A stretch of 64,000 nucleotides of DNA, taken from assembly GCA_049517655.1 (NCBI GenBank), contig JBEKRQ010000004.1:22838-86837 (forward strand), given 5' to 3'. Of this stretch, positions 39,016 through 48,296 are shown one piece after another; positions within the stretch are counted from its first letter, which is position 1; each line of letters begins with the position of its first letter. The translations under genes and the position numbers were made by a program. The notes under the pieces are model-generated. The model searched no databases and had not been told where the DNA came from. It saw nothing but the letters and a program-made list of their open reading frames with translations. This DNA comes from Verrucomicrobiota bacterium (GTDB lineage Bacteria > Verrucomicrobiota > Verrucomicrobiia > Limisphaerales > UBA11358).

Positions 39016-39435
39016 ATGAATAGTTCCCCGAACAACCAAGTCACTGGCGACACTAAATCTCCGCGTCGAAGCGACAAGATCGCTACATATATTGCTAGGG
39101 GGATTAGTTGTTGTATTGGCATTACGCTGCTCATTACTTTTGTCGTAGTCCTGATTAAGGGGATGCCACCAAACTTCGAGAACTTGATGATGTTTGGCGC
39201 GATAATTGGCCTCTGTCTCGGTTATGGGCTGGGAGGAGACATTTGGGGAGCGCGGCTTTTTGGTTTATTTGCCCACTTAAATACTTGGCGGCGCTTTGGG
39301 CAGGATGGAAAGCCCTCGTCCCCTTTCATCCGCTTCATGTCAAAAACATTACTTTTTATCTTCGTTGGAGTTTTGGTCCTTATACTCGCACTTATCGTTA
39401 GAGCGGTGGTGTATAGCCGGTATGCGGCACCATGA
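39016..39435 (+). CDS. Hypothetical membrane protein (139 aa)
   Basis: Three or four hydrophobic helices. AT-richer than the flanks. No motif recognised. Confidence 0.45.
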   Translation: MNSSPNNQVTGDTKSPRRSDKIATYIARGISCCIGITLLITFVVVLIKGMPPNFENLMMFGAIIGLCLGYGLGGDIWGARLFGLFAHLNTWRRFGQDGKPSSPFIRFMSKTLLFIFVGVLVLILALIVRAVVYSRYAAP

Positions 39436-39566
39436 AGTTGTAGCGCTAAAGGCGTATCACGTTTTTTACGCGGTTTGCGGGCATTTGAATATCCTTTCGT
39501 CATTCGGGTTTAATGGGCTGGGAAATTCCGTTCTACTTGCCAATAAACGTTACGAATTACCGCCAG

Positions 39567-39648
39567 GTTTTGGACTGCGCCAGCCCTCTGGCGCTTTGGG
39601 CAACACCGATGGTGGCAAAAGCGGTGGAGGGCCACCGCACTCCAAGAC
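39567..39648. repeat. Inverted pair of the roughly 32-bp hairpin unit (third copy, opposite order)
   Basis: GTTTTGGACTGCGCCAGCCCTCTGGCGCTTTGG ... AAAAGCGGTGGAGGGCCACCGCACTCCAAGAC. Confidence 0.85.
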
Positions 39649-39721
39649 ACTGGCGCGGGCTCGCTGCGGCTCACTGAAAATCCTTTCGTCATTCGGGTTT
39701 TGGAATTAGGATTTTCACCGG

Positions 39722-40507
39722 ATGCTTGAGCAAACCGTCCAAATCGTTTCCAACGAGCGCGATACCGACTCTTATTTTCGCCTCGTGGTGCGCGCGCCGC
39801 AAATCACCCCGCTCATCCAGCCGGGACAATTCGCCCATATCCGTGTCCCGACAATGAAGGACGCCTTGCTGCGACGGCCATTCAGCATTTTCCAAGTCAG
39901 GGACGATACCTTTTCCATCCTCTACAAAACCGTCGGCAAAGGAACAGATGCGCTCGCCCGGCTGGGTGCCGGCGAGGAATTGAGCGTGATTGCACCCCTC
40001 GGACACGGATTTACCATCCCAAAGCCCGGCGGCGAAACGCCGTTGCTGGTCGCGGGCGGTTATGGCATGGCGGCGTTGTATCTGCTGGCGCAACGTTCGC
40101 CGCAAAAGGGCATCGCGTTCGTTGGCGGTCGGCGGCGCATGGACATTTTGTGCGAAAAGGAAGTTCGCGCGCTCGACTGGGACGTTCGCGTAACCACCGA
40201 GGACGGCAGCCACGGCGAAAAAGGGCTTGTGACCCAGCCGCTCGTAGCCGAACTGCGGCGGAACGCAGCCCACCGGAAGGTGTTCGCGTGCGGCCCGACG
40301 CCGATGCTCGAGGCCGTCGGCAAGATTGCCGAAGAATTCAATGTGCCGGCGGAACTTTCGATGGATGAACACATGTGTTGCGGTGTGGGCGTCTGCCTGA
40401 CGTGCGTGATTCCGGTGAAGACCGGCGATGGTTGGGAATACCAGCGCACCTGCACCGAGGGCCCCGTTTTTGATTCGCAAAGAATTGTGTGGGAGGAAAT
40501 GAAATGA
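39722..40507 (+). CDS. pyrK: Dihydroorotate dehydrogenase (class 1B) electron-transfer subunit
   Basis: RRPFSI FAD-binding motif, LLVAGGYGMAAL, and a C-terminal 2Fe-2S cluster motif MCCGVGVCLTCV. Confidence 0.9.
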   Translation: MLEQTVQIVSNERDTDSYFRLVVRAPQITPLIQPGQFAHIRVPTMKDALLRRPFSIFQVRDDTFSILYKTVGKGTDALARLGAGEELSVIAPLGHGFTIPKPGGETPLLVAGGYGMAALYLLAQRSPQKGIAFVGGRRRMDILCEKEVRALDWDVRVTTEDGSHGEKGLVTQPLVAELRRNAAHRKVFACGPTPMLEAVGKIAEEFNVPAELSMDEHMCCGVGVCLTCVIPVKTGDGWEYQRTCTEGPVFDSQRIVWEEMK

Positions 40508-41418
40508 ATTTGTCCGTCCAAATTGGCAAACTGAAGTTGCAAAACCCCGTGATGGTGGCTTCGGGCACGTTCGGCTACGGCGTCGAATACGCGCGGCTCA
40601 TTGACCTGAATCAACTTGGTGCGGTGGTCGTGAAAGGCATACGGCTTGAGCCGGTCCGTGGCAACCCGACGCCGCGCACGGTCGAGGTCGCCAGCGGCCT
40701 CATCAACGCCATCGGTCTGCAAGGACCCGGTGTGGATGGATTCATCAAAAAATACTGGCCGTTCCTCAAAGGATTGAAGGTGCCGACCATTATCAACATC
40801 TGGGGCACAACGATTGAGGAATACGCCGAAGTGGCGCGGCGCTTCGACGCGCTGGGAGGGGTCGGCGCGCTGGAACTCAATGTCTCCTGTCCGAACATCA
40901 AAAAGGGCGGGGCGCAGTTTGGAACCGATGTGAAACTGCTTGCAAAAGTCGTGGCCGCGTGCCGCAAGGCGACAACGCTGCCGTTGATTACGAAGATGAG
41001 TCCGAACGTGATGAGCATTGCGCCTTACGCCAAGGCGGCGGCGGACGCGGGCAGCGACGCGCTGGCGATCATGAACAGTTACCCGGCCATGGCGATTGAT
41101 ATTGAGACGCGCAAGCCGAAGCTGGCCAATGTCACCGGCGGCCTGACCGGACCGTGCATCAAACCCATCGCCATCAAGCTGGTTTGGGAAGCGGCCAATG
41201 CCGTGAAAATTCCCATCATCGGCATGGGCGGCATCCAGAACGCGGCGGACGCGATTGAGTTCATGATGGCCGGTGCGACGGCGGTGGCGGTGGGCACGGC
41301 GAATTTCTACGAACCGCAGACGGTGTTGCAGGTGATTACCGGCATTCGCGAGTTCATGCAACGCCAAGACATCAAGGACGTGCGGGAAATCACCGGCAGC
41401 GTCCGGACTGCGGAATAA
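40504..41418 (+). CDS. pyrD: Dihydroorotate dehydrogenase (class 1B) catalytic subunit
   Basis: LKLQNPVMVASGTFGYG, LELNVSCPN, GGLTGPCIKPIA, IIGMGGI. The ATG overlaps the pyrK stop (ATGA). Confidence 0.9.
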   Translation: MNLSVQIGKLKLQNPVMVASGTFGYGVEYARLIDLNQLGAVVVKGIRLEPVRGNPTPRTVEVASGLINAIGLQGPGVDGFIKKYWPFLKGLKVPTIINIWGTTIEEYAEVARRFDALGGVGALELNVSCPNIKKGGAQFGTDVKLLAKVVAACRKATTLPLITKMSPNVMSIAPYAKAAADAGSDALAIMNSYPAMAIDIETRKPKLANVTGGLTGPCIKPIAIKLVWEAANAVKIPIIGMGGIQNAADAIEFMMAGATAVAVGTANFYEPQTVLQVITGIREFMQRQDIKDVREITGSVRTAE

Positions 41419-41461
41419 TTTTAATGGCAATTCTGTTTTTGCACTTCGTACCGGCAGCGGT

Positions 41462-42331
41462 ATGCTTTCGACCATGCTTTGGGCATTTGCCAAATATCAC
41501 GCGCTGGGGAATGACTACATCGTCATTGATCCGAAGAACCTGCCGTCGCCGCTGACGGCAGAACGGATTAAAACGATTTGCAACCGCAATTTCGGCATTG
41601 GCTCGGATGGCATTTTGCTCGGGCCACTACCGTCCAAAAAGGCGAAATTCGCGCTCCGCATTTTCAACCCCGACGGCAGCGAGGCTGAAAAAAGCGGCAA
41701 TGGCCTGCGGATTTTTTCACGTTACTTGTGGGACCGGAAACGGGTCGGCAAGGATGAATTCGCCATTGAAACCCGTGGCGGTCTTGTGAAGGCGACGGTC
41801 ATGGAACGCGGCAAAACCGTGCGCGTCGAAATGGGCAGGGTCAGTTTCTGGAGCGATGAAATTCCCGTGACCGGCCCGCGCCGCGAAGTCATCAACGAAC
41901 CGATTCACCTGCGCGGACAGCGATTCAACTTTTGCGCGGCGACGGTGGGCAATCCGCATTGCGTCCTGCCGCTGCCGAAGATCAGCGCGGAACTGGCGAA
42001 GAAATACGGGCCGCTGCTGGAAACGCACCTGCGCTTTCCGAACCGCATCAATGTGCAGTTCATGAAAGTGCTCGACCGGCGGAACATTCAAATTGAGATA
42101 TGGGAACGCGGCGCGGGTTACACGCTGGCCAGCGGCAGTAGCAGCAGCGCGGCGGCGGCGGTGGCGAACAGACTTGGACTGTGCGACCGCGACATTTCCG
42201 TGCACATGCCCGGCGGCAAAATTCAAATCGAAATTGGCGACGATTATTCGATTCGGATGACCGGTGCGGTGACAAAAGTTGCGGAAGGAATCATGGACAG
42301 GGAAATGTTCAGCGCGTCCATTCCAGCCTGA
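41462..42331 (+). CDS. dapF: Diaminopimelate epimerase
   Basis: FAKYHALGNDYIVID, FNPDGSEAEKSGNGLR, TVGNPHCV, ERGAGYTLASGSS. Confidence 0.9.
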   Translation: MLSTMLWAFAKYHALGNDYIVIDPKNLPSPLTAERIKTICNRNFGIGSDGILLGPLPSKKAKFALRIFNPDGSEAEKSGNGLRIFSRYLWDRKRVGKDEFAIETRGGLVKATVMERGKTVRVEMGRVSFWSDEIPVTGPRREVINEPIHLRGQRFNFCAATVGNPHCVLPLPKISAELAKKYGPLLETHLRFPNRINVQFMKVLDRRNIQIEIWERGAGYTLASGSSSSAAAAVANRLGLCDRDISVHMPGGKIQIEIGDDYSIRMTGAVTKVAEGIMDREMFSASIPA

Positions 42332-42480
42332 CGAATCCCAGTTGAGCCACGCCGAAACCAAAACGTCGTCCACGAAAGGCAGGGCTAGAGAGGTGGGGAA
42401 TCCGCATGATAATTAACATCGAACGTCGAAGATTGAAGATGGAAACAGGCAAGATGACTGTTACCACTGTTTGAGTTCGG

Positions 42481-42533
42481 CTTGCGAGGATCAGCCTTCG
42501 TCAGACTTCGGCCAGACGAGCGCTCGCCCCACC
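42481..42533. repeat. Repeat unit CTTGCGAGGATC..GGCCAGACGAGCGCTCGCCCCACC (reverse complement of 61601-61653)
   Basis: A near-identical reverse-complement copy lies at 61601-61653. It abuts the stop codon (42539) of the TPR gene. Confidence 0.8.
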
Positions 42534-42538
42534 CGCCT

Positions 42539-43951
42539 TCACTGGCTGGCGTAATAGGCGTCCACTTTGGCGGCAACGTCCTTGTAACCGATGTCCATTT
42601 CGTAGATGAGTTTGAATTGTTCGATGGCTTCCTCTTTTTTGCCCATGCTTTCGAGCACGCAGCCGAGGTTGTAGGTGAGGTCTTTTTTTTCGTCGTCGAA
42701 AACGATCTTTTCCTTGATGGCGTTTTGAAGTTGGCGCGCGGCGATGTCGAACATTTTCTTTTTCGCGTAGCACTGTGCGAGACAATTCATCGCGGCAATG
42801 CGTTTGTGCGGATTGCCCTGCGCCTTCTGGAATTCCTGAATGGCCTCGTTGATTTTGCCCGCCTGGAAATAAAGCTGCCCCATTTCAAACCGGATTACCA
42901 TATCCGTCGGATATTTTTCGACGCGTTTCTGGCAATCAGTAACTTGGAAATTTAATTTTTCCGCCTGAATTTTCGCGGATTGCTCTGCGTAATCGGGCGC
43001 GGACGGATCAAGTTGCTCCAGTTGGTAATCGAACCGTCGCGCGACGGTGTCGGAGATGGAGCGTCCAAGCGACGGGTCATTGCCCATTTCGGAATTTTTG
43101 ACGCGGTCGTAAAGCTCCAGTGAACGTTCGAACTGCTTCTTTTGCGTGTAAAGTTCCGCGAGCGAGCGCACGAGCTTGAGATTGTCCGGTTCGGTTTTCA
43201 GGCGCGTTTCATATTCTTCAACGAGCTGCCCGGTGACGTCCTCGGTTTTCTGGACGCGCTTTTCCTGTTCGAGCGAGACGGCTTCCCTTTTATTCTTCAA
43301 AATGTCGCGATAGGAACCCTCTCCGCCTTCGAGCGCGGCATAACCGCCCTGGTCCAGCGTCTTGCGCGCGGACAAATCCTTGAGCGCCTGGCTCAACTCG
43401 CCGTCGTTGGGTGTCTGGCTCAATAAATCCATCAGGATTTTTTCGCCACGATTCTGGTCTCCCTTGACGACGTCGCCGGCTGCGGCGAGCGCGCGGGCAA
43501 ATGCAATCGCCAGGTCCCTGTCCTTCGGCGAATTGTTCGACAGCGTTTCATAGGACAAAACCGCGGTGCTCGGCAACTCCAACGCATTTGCCGCTTCCAC
43601 GATGAGCCGGTGTGCGGCGGAACTGTGCGGGTCGTTGTTCAAAATCTGCTCGGCGATGGCGAGCGCCTCGGCGGGGTTGCGGCGCAGGGCAATCTGGCCT
43701 TTGGCCACGAGCGGCGAAGAACTGGCGCCGCTCCACATCTTTTTGAAAAATCCGCTACCTTTATTGCCAGCTTTCTTAAACTGCGTTTCGCGCAGCGCCT
43801 TGCGGCACTCAAAAAATTCCGGCTCCTTTTCGAGCACCTGGTTGAACAGATCAATCGCGTAATCCAGATTTTCCCGTTGCGCGGCTTCGGTGGCTTTGGT
43901 GTAGAGCCTCCGTGAGTCGGCTGAAATCTCATTGATGCTTTTTTCTGCCAT
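42539..43951 (-). CDS. TPR repeat protein (470 aa)
   Basis: Repeated 34-residue helical units throughout (..YAIDLFNQVLEKEPEF.., ..GKINEAIQEFQKAQGNP.., ..KKEEAIEQFKLIYEMD..). Confidence 0.7.
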   Translation of the reverse strand: MAEKSINEISADSRRLYTKATEAAQRENLDYAIDLFNQVLEKEPEFFECRKALRETQFKKAGNKGSGFFKKMWSGASSSPLVAKGQIALRRNPAEALAIAEQILNNDPHSSAAHRLIVEAANALELPSTAVLSYETLSNNSPKDRDLAIAFARALAAAGDVVKGDQNRGEKILMDLLSQTPNDGELSQALKDLSARKTLDQGGYAALEGGEGSYRDILKNKREAVSLEQEKRVQKTEDVTGQLVEEYETRLKTEPDNLKLVRSLAELYTQKKQFERSLELYDRVKNSEMGNDPSLGRSISDTVARRFDYQLEQLDPSAPDYAEQSAKIQAEKLNFQVTDCQKRVEKYPTDMVIRFEMGQLYFQAGKINEAIQEFQKAQGNPHKRIAAMNCLAQCYAKKKMFDIAARQLQNAIKEKIVFDDEKKDLTYNLGCVLESMGKKEEAIEQFKLIYEMDIGYKDVAAKVDAYYASQ

Positions 43952-44017
43952 TTGATTTATCGTGTTAAGTTAAAATTGCTGCTGTCACGTTAAAAATCAA
44001 CATAGGACACCTTCAGA

Positions 44018-45097
44018 TCAATCGCACTGCGCCTTGTGCCGCAGTGCGTGATCCACGAGAACGAGCGCGGTCATCGCCTCGACCATCGGCACTGCGCGCG
44101 GCAACACGCACGGATCGTGTCGCCCACGGGCCTTTAATTTCGTGTTGCGGAATTGCGCGTCCACCGTGTCCTGCTCGTGCAGGACGGTCGCCACCGGTTT
44201 GAACGCGACGCGGAAGAAGATCGTCTGGCCGTTTGAAATTCCGCCTTGAATGCCGCCGGAAAAATTCGTTGTCGTAAAAACCTTCCCATGTTTCGCGCGA
44301 AACGGGTCGTTGTGCTGGCGGCCAGTCAATAAGATGCCGCCGAAACCAGAGCCGATTTCAAACGCCTTGGACGCGGGCAGGCTTAACATTGCCTTCGCCA
44401 GGTCTGCTTCAAGCTTGTCAAAAACGGGTTCGCCCCAGCCGGCGGGCACGCCGCGTGCGATGCCTTCAACAATGCCGCCGACGGTGTCACCCGCGCGCCG
44501 CATCTTTTCGATAAGCTGGATCATTCTTTTTGCCGCCGTTGTGTCGGGGCAACGGACGATGTTCGACTCGATGTCCTCGAACTTCACCTTGTCCGGGTTC
44601 ACGTCAGCGACGAGTTGCCGGACTTGTTTGACGTAAGCGAGGATTTCGACGCCGAACCGTTCGCGTAAAATTTTCCTGGCAATGGCGCCGGCGGCGACGC
44701 GGCCAACCGTTTCGCGCGCGCTGGCGCGACCGCCGCCCTGCCAGTTGCGAATGCCATATTTGGCAAAATACGTGAAATCCGCGTGCGACGGGCGGAACTT
44801 CGTTTTCATTTCGGAATAAGCTTCAGGACGCGCATCCTCGTTTTTAACCCACATGCAAATCGGTGTGCCGAGCGTTTTGCCCCCGAATGTGCCGGAAAGG
44901 ATTTGCACCGTGTCGGATTCCCGGCGCGGCGAAACAATTTTGGATTGGCCCGGACGGCGGCGATCCAAATCCGGCTGGATGTCCGCTTCGGTCAGTTTGA
45001 GGCGCGGCGGGCAGCCGTCCACGACCACACCCACGCCGCCGCCATGGGATTCGCCCCACGTCATGATGCGAAACAGTTGCCCAAAGATATTTGCCAT
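44018..45097 (-). CDS. aroC: Chorismate synthase
   Basis: [65 protein letters not shown]. Confidence 0.95.
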   Translation of the reverse strand: MANIFGQLFRIMTWGESHGGGVGVVVDGCPPRLKLTEADIQPDLDRRRPGQSKIVSPRRESDTVQILSGTFGGKTLGTPICMWVKNEDARPEAYSEMKTKFRPSHADFTYFAKYGIRNWQGGGRASARETVGRVAAGAIARKILRERFGVEILAYVKQVRQLVADVNPDKVKFEDIESNIVRCPDTTAAKRMIQLIEKMRRAGDTVGGIVEGIARGVPAGWGEPVFDKLEADLAKAMLSLPASKAFEIGSGFGGILLTGRQHNDPFRAKHGKVFTTTNFSGGIQGGISNGQTIFFRVAFKPVATVLHEQDTVDAQFRNTKLKARGRHDPCVLPRAVPMVEAMTALVLVDHALRHKAQCD

Positions 45098-45137
45098 GCG
45101 GTGATATTGCTAAAAAATCACGACGCGGTCAAATCCA

Positions 45138-45230
45138 TCGGAGGGACGAGTTACACGAGTCCCAAACTAGATTTGTGGGCTTCAAATTCATTTGATTAAA
45201 GTCAGAGGCTCGCGTAGCTCGTCCCTCCGA
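45138..45230. repeat. TCGGAGGGACGAG...CTCGTCCCTCCGA palindromic element
   Basis: The 13-nt terminal arms are perfectly complementary. It lies in the divergent aroC/trpA spacer. Confidence 0.85.
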
Positions 45231-45285
45231 GTCGGTGAACTTGCCGCTTGAAACTTGAAACTTCCCCCTTGAAACTACCCGCTGC

Positions 45286-46086
45286 ATGAACCGCATTGAG
45301 GAACGCTTTGCCCGGCTCAAACACGAGGGCAAAAAAGGTTTCATCGTTTATATCGGCGCGGGCGATCCGAATCTGGACGCCACGCGCCGGCTCGCGCTTG
45401 CCTTTGACGAGGCCGGCGTGGACATTCTTGAACTCGGTGTGCCGTTTAGTGATCCGCTCGCCGACGGCCTGGTGAACCAGCTTGCGGCGCAACGCGGTTT
45501 GGAATCCGGCGCCACGCCGCCCAAAGTGCTGGAAACCGTCGCTGCAATCCGCAAACAGTCGCAGATCCCGATTGTGCTCTACATTTATTTCAACCTCATT
45601 CACCGCGCCGGAATGGAAAGATTCATCGCGGATGCGGCCACGGTAGGTGTGGACGGCCTGCTCGTGCTCGATTTACCACCGGAGGAATCGGCCGATTACG
45701 AAACGCTCATGCGCAAGGCCGGTCTCTGCCACATTTATCTCGTCGCGCCGACGACACCGGACGACCGCATCGAACTCATTGTCAAACGCGGCAGCGGTTT
45801 TATTTATTACATTTCGCGCGAAGGCGTGACCGGCATGCAGGCACGAGTCGCGGCGAACATCGCACAGCAGGTCGCCAGAATCCGCGCGCATACGAATTTG
45901 CCGGTCGCCGTCGGTTTCGGCATCTCAAATCCCGAACAGGCCAAACTCGTCGCGCAAAACGCGGACGCCGTCGTTGTGGGCAGCGCGGTGGTGAATCAGA
46001 TCGCCAGGCACGGAAAATCGAAGGATTTGGTGAAGCGCGTGGGTGAATTTGTGAAATCGCTGGCCGATGCGGTAAAGACTATTTAA
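45286..46086 (+). CDS. trpA: Tryptophan synthase alpha chain
   Basis: LELGVPFSDPLADG, YISREGVTG, PVAVGFGIS. Confidence 0.95.
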   Translation: MNRIEERFARLKHEGKKGFIVYIGAGDPNLDATRRLALAFDEAGVDILELGVPFSDPLADGLVNQLAAQRGLESGATPPKVLETVAAIRKQSQIPIVLYIYFNLIHRAGMERFIADAATVGVDGLLVLDLPPEESADYETLMRKAGLCHIYLVAPTTPDDRIELIVKRGSGFIYYISREGVTGMQARVAANIAQQVARIRAHTNLPVAVGFGISNPEQAKLVAQNADAVVVGSAVVNQIARHGKSKDLVKRVGEFVKSLADAVKTI

Positions 46087-46088
46087 GC

Positions 46089-46174
46089 CACAGATGAACA
46101 CAGATGAACGCAGATGAAAAGGTAGAGCGCGTTCTCCTAACGCACCACGGCTGGCTCGGAGAGCCGGCCCTACC
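46089..46174. repeat. Three tandem decamers (CACAGATGAA) followed by a GGTAGAG...GCCCTACC palindromic element
   Basis: The CACAGATGAA|CACAGATGAA|CGCAGATGAA array occupies 46089-46118. GGTAGAGCGCG..GGCTCGGAGAGCCGGCCCTACC occupies 46121-46174. Confidence 0.8.
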
Positions 46175-46183
46175 AGATGCAGA

Positions 46184-47329
46184 TTGAATTTTTGCATGAA
46201 AATGAAAACTGACGTGAAAAACCGTTTCGTCGTCATCATGGCGGGCGGGCGCGGCGAGCGGTTCTGGCCGGTGAGCCGCGAGAAAATGCCCAAGCAACTG
46301 CTCACGCTGCTCGGCAAACGCTCGTTTCTCCAGCAGGCCGTTGACCGCGTGCTGCCGCTCGTGCCGGCCAAAAACATTTTCGTCATCACCAACGCGACGC
46401 AGTTGCCGGAAGTCCGCAAACAACTGCCGAAAATCCCGAAACAAAATCTCATCGCCGAACCGATGGGCCGCGACACCTGTGCTGCCGTCACGCTCGGCGC
46501 GGCAATTGTCGGCGCGCGTTCGACGACCGGCGTCATGGCGGTGTTGCCGGCGGACCACGTCATTCCCAACGAGAAAAAATTTCAGCAGGTTTTGACCGAC
46601 TCGTTCGATTTGGCGGGTCGTGGCCGGGCGATTGTGACGATTGGTATCAAGCCGACCGAGCCGTCAACGGGTTACGGTTATATTCGCGTTGGTGAAGCCT
46701 TGCCGCCTCCGCAGGGCGTGAAGAAATACAAGACGACTTTTTTCCGGGCGGAGCAATTTGTCGAGAAACCGCACTTTGACCGCGCGCTCGAATACGTCAA
46801 CAGCGGCCGGTATCGCTGGAACGCGGGGATATTCGTCTGGTCGTTCGTGACCATCACGGAAGGTTTGCAGAAACACCAGCCGGAAATGTATGCGGCGTGC
46901 CAGCGCTGGTTCAAAGTGGCGAACAAGCCGGCCAGGCTCGCGAAAGTTTTGGCAAAGGAATATCCCGACATCAAAAAAATCTCGACTGATTATGCGCTGA
47001 TGGAACACGCGCAAAATGTCATTGTGGCCGACGGCGCATTCGAATGGGACGATTTTGGTTCGTGGACGGCCCTGGCGCGGCATCTCAAAGCCGATGCCGA
47101 AGGCAATTGCGCCGTGGCGGACTTCATTCACGTGGATGGCGCGCGCAACATCATCTACGACGCGCGCACCAAAGACCGACGCACGCCGATTGCGGTGGTC
47201 GGTTTGCGCGATTCCATTTTGGTTCAAACCGACGATGCGGTGCTGCTCGCGCACAAGAGTCAGGCGCAAAAAGTCAGGGAGTTGGTCAGAAAACTGGCGG
47301 AAATGAAAAAGTACAAGCAACTCATGTAA
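46184..47329 (+). CDS. Mannose-1-phosphate guanylyltransferase (GDP-mannose pyrophosphorylase)
   Basis: FVVIMAGGRGERFWPVSRE, LPADHVI, GYGYI, F.EKP, YRWNAGIFVW. The start is uncertain (46184, 46196 or 46202). Confidence 0.85.
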   Translation: MNFCMKMKTDVKNRFVVIMAGGRGERFWPVSREKMPKQLLTLLGKRSFLQQAVDRVLPLVPAKNIFVITNATQLPEVRKQLPKIPKQNLIAEPMGRDTCAAVTLGAAIVGARSTTGVMAVLPADHVIPNEKKFQQVLTDSFDLAGRGRAIVTIGIKPTEPSTGYGYIRVGEALPPPQGVKKYKTTFFRAEQFVEKPHFDRALEYVNSGRYRWNAGIFVWSFVTITEGLQKHQPEMYAACQRWFKVANKPARLAKVLAKEYPDIKKISTDYALMEHAQNVIVADGAFEWDDFGSWTALARHLKADAEGNCAVADFIHVDGARNIIYDARTKDRRTPIAVVGLRDSILVQTDDAVLLAHKSQAQKVRELVRKLAEMKKYKQLM

Positions 47330-47416
47330 GATTTGGGTGTGTGGAAGCGGGAAACTATCCTTAAAAGATTTTCTTTACATACTCTTCATGCCTATTCAGC
47401 TTCACCCGTCCCGTAT

Positions 47417-48127
47417 ATGAGAGCTTCAGATTTTCAGCGATTTTTTAGTGCCGACGGTGGTGGAACTCCTGATGAGCTAAGCGGACCGCGCATTGAAAAA
47501 GTGCGAAGAATTTTCGCGGAGTCAAACGCGAAGACGATCCTCGACGTTGGCTGTGCCAACGGCGCAATCCTCAAGCTATTGCCCGGTGCCCGTGAATTGC
47601 ACGGCGTGGACATTTCCGAGGTGTTGGTCAAAAGGGCTAATGCTATTGGCGTGAAAGCATTGGTGCATGATGTGGAAAGTGGCCCGCTGCCGTATTCGGA
47701 CGCCACCTTCGATGCCGTTTTTTCCGGTGAAGTCATTGAACACCTGGTGAACACTGATTGGCTGCTTTCCGAGATCAATCGTGTGCTTAAACCGGGAGGC
47801 ATGATCGTGTTGACCTTTCCCAACATCCGCACCGTCCTGTCTTTGTTGATGATGGCGTTTTTCGACATTCCGCCGATGTATGCGGCGCGCTATCGGGCAG
47901 GACATGTCAGGGATTTTACTCTTAAGACAATTAAGATGGCGCTGCAAAAAAACGGCTTCGTATTCAAGAAAGCTGTTGGGAGCGCATTCTATTTTCCTAA
48001 AATCGGCGAGTTTGGCAGAGGATTGGCGGAGTGGTTTCCATCCTGGGCGCACACCTCAATTGTCGTTGCCACCAAAGAAAAAGAAGCTGTTTACCCTCCT
48101 CCTGATCTGAGGGATGTGATTTATTGA
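47417..48127 (+). CDS. Class I SAM-dependent methyltransferase
   Basis: ILDVGCANG motif I, FDAVFSGEVIEHL, LKPGGMIVLTFPN. The start was set at an internal ATG. Confidence 0.75.
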   Translation: MRASDFQRFFSADGGGTPDELSGPRIEKVRRIFAESNAKTILDVGCANGAILKLLPGARELHGVDISEVLVKRANAIGVKALVHDVESGPLPYSDATFDAVFSGEVIEHLVNTDWLLSEINRVLKPGGMIVLTFPNIRTVLSLLMMAFFDIPPMYAARYRAGHVRDFTLKTIKMALQKNGFVFKKAVGSAFYFPKIGEFGRGLAEWFPSWAHTSIVVATKEKEAVYPPPDLRDVIY

Positions 48128-48296
48128 GCTGGGAGACATTCATTCTTCAATTTGTCTCACACGCTTCTTGACCTTTTCCGCATAAAAGACAAACTGTCCA
48201 GCTGAACTTTAGTTTTTAGTGTTGAGTTTTGAGTTTTGAATTGTTTGCAGCAAATTGAGTTCAAAACTTGGAACTTAAAGTTCAAAATTAAATCAA

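Noticed and set aside
37210-39039. Very long antisense ORFs opposite clear genes. Examples: 609 aa opposite shc; 48288..50144 (618 aa) opposite typA; 5405..6856 opposite the S8 protease; 40060..41493 opposite pyrK/pyrD; 55963..56958; 113..763 opposite secA.
   Set aside because: Open antisense frames are expected in high-GC DNA. Their translations are dominated by Arg, His, Gly and Ala and show no motifs, whereas the sense strand has unambiguous family signatures.
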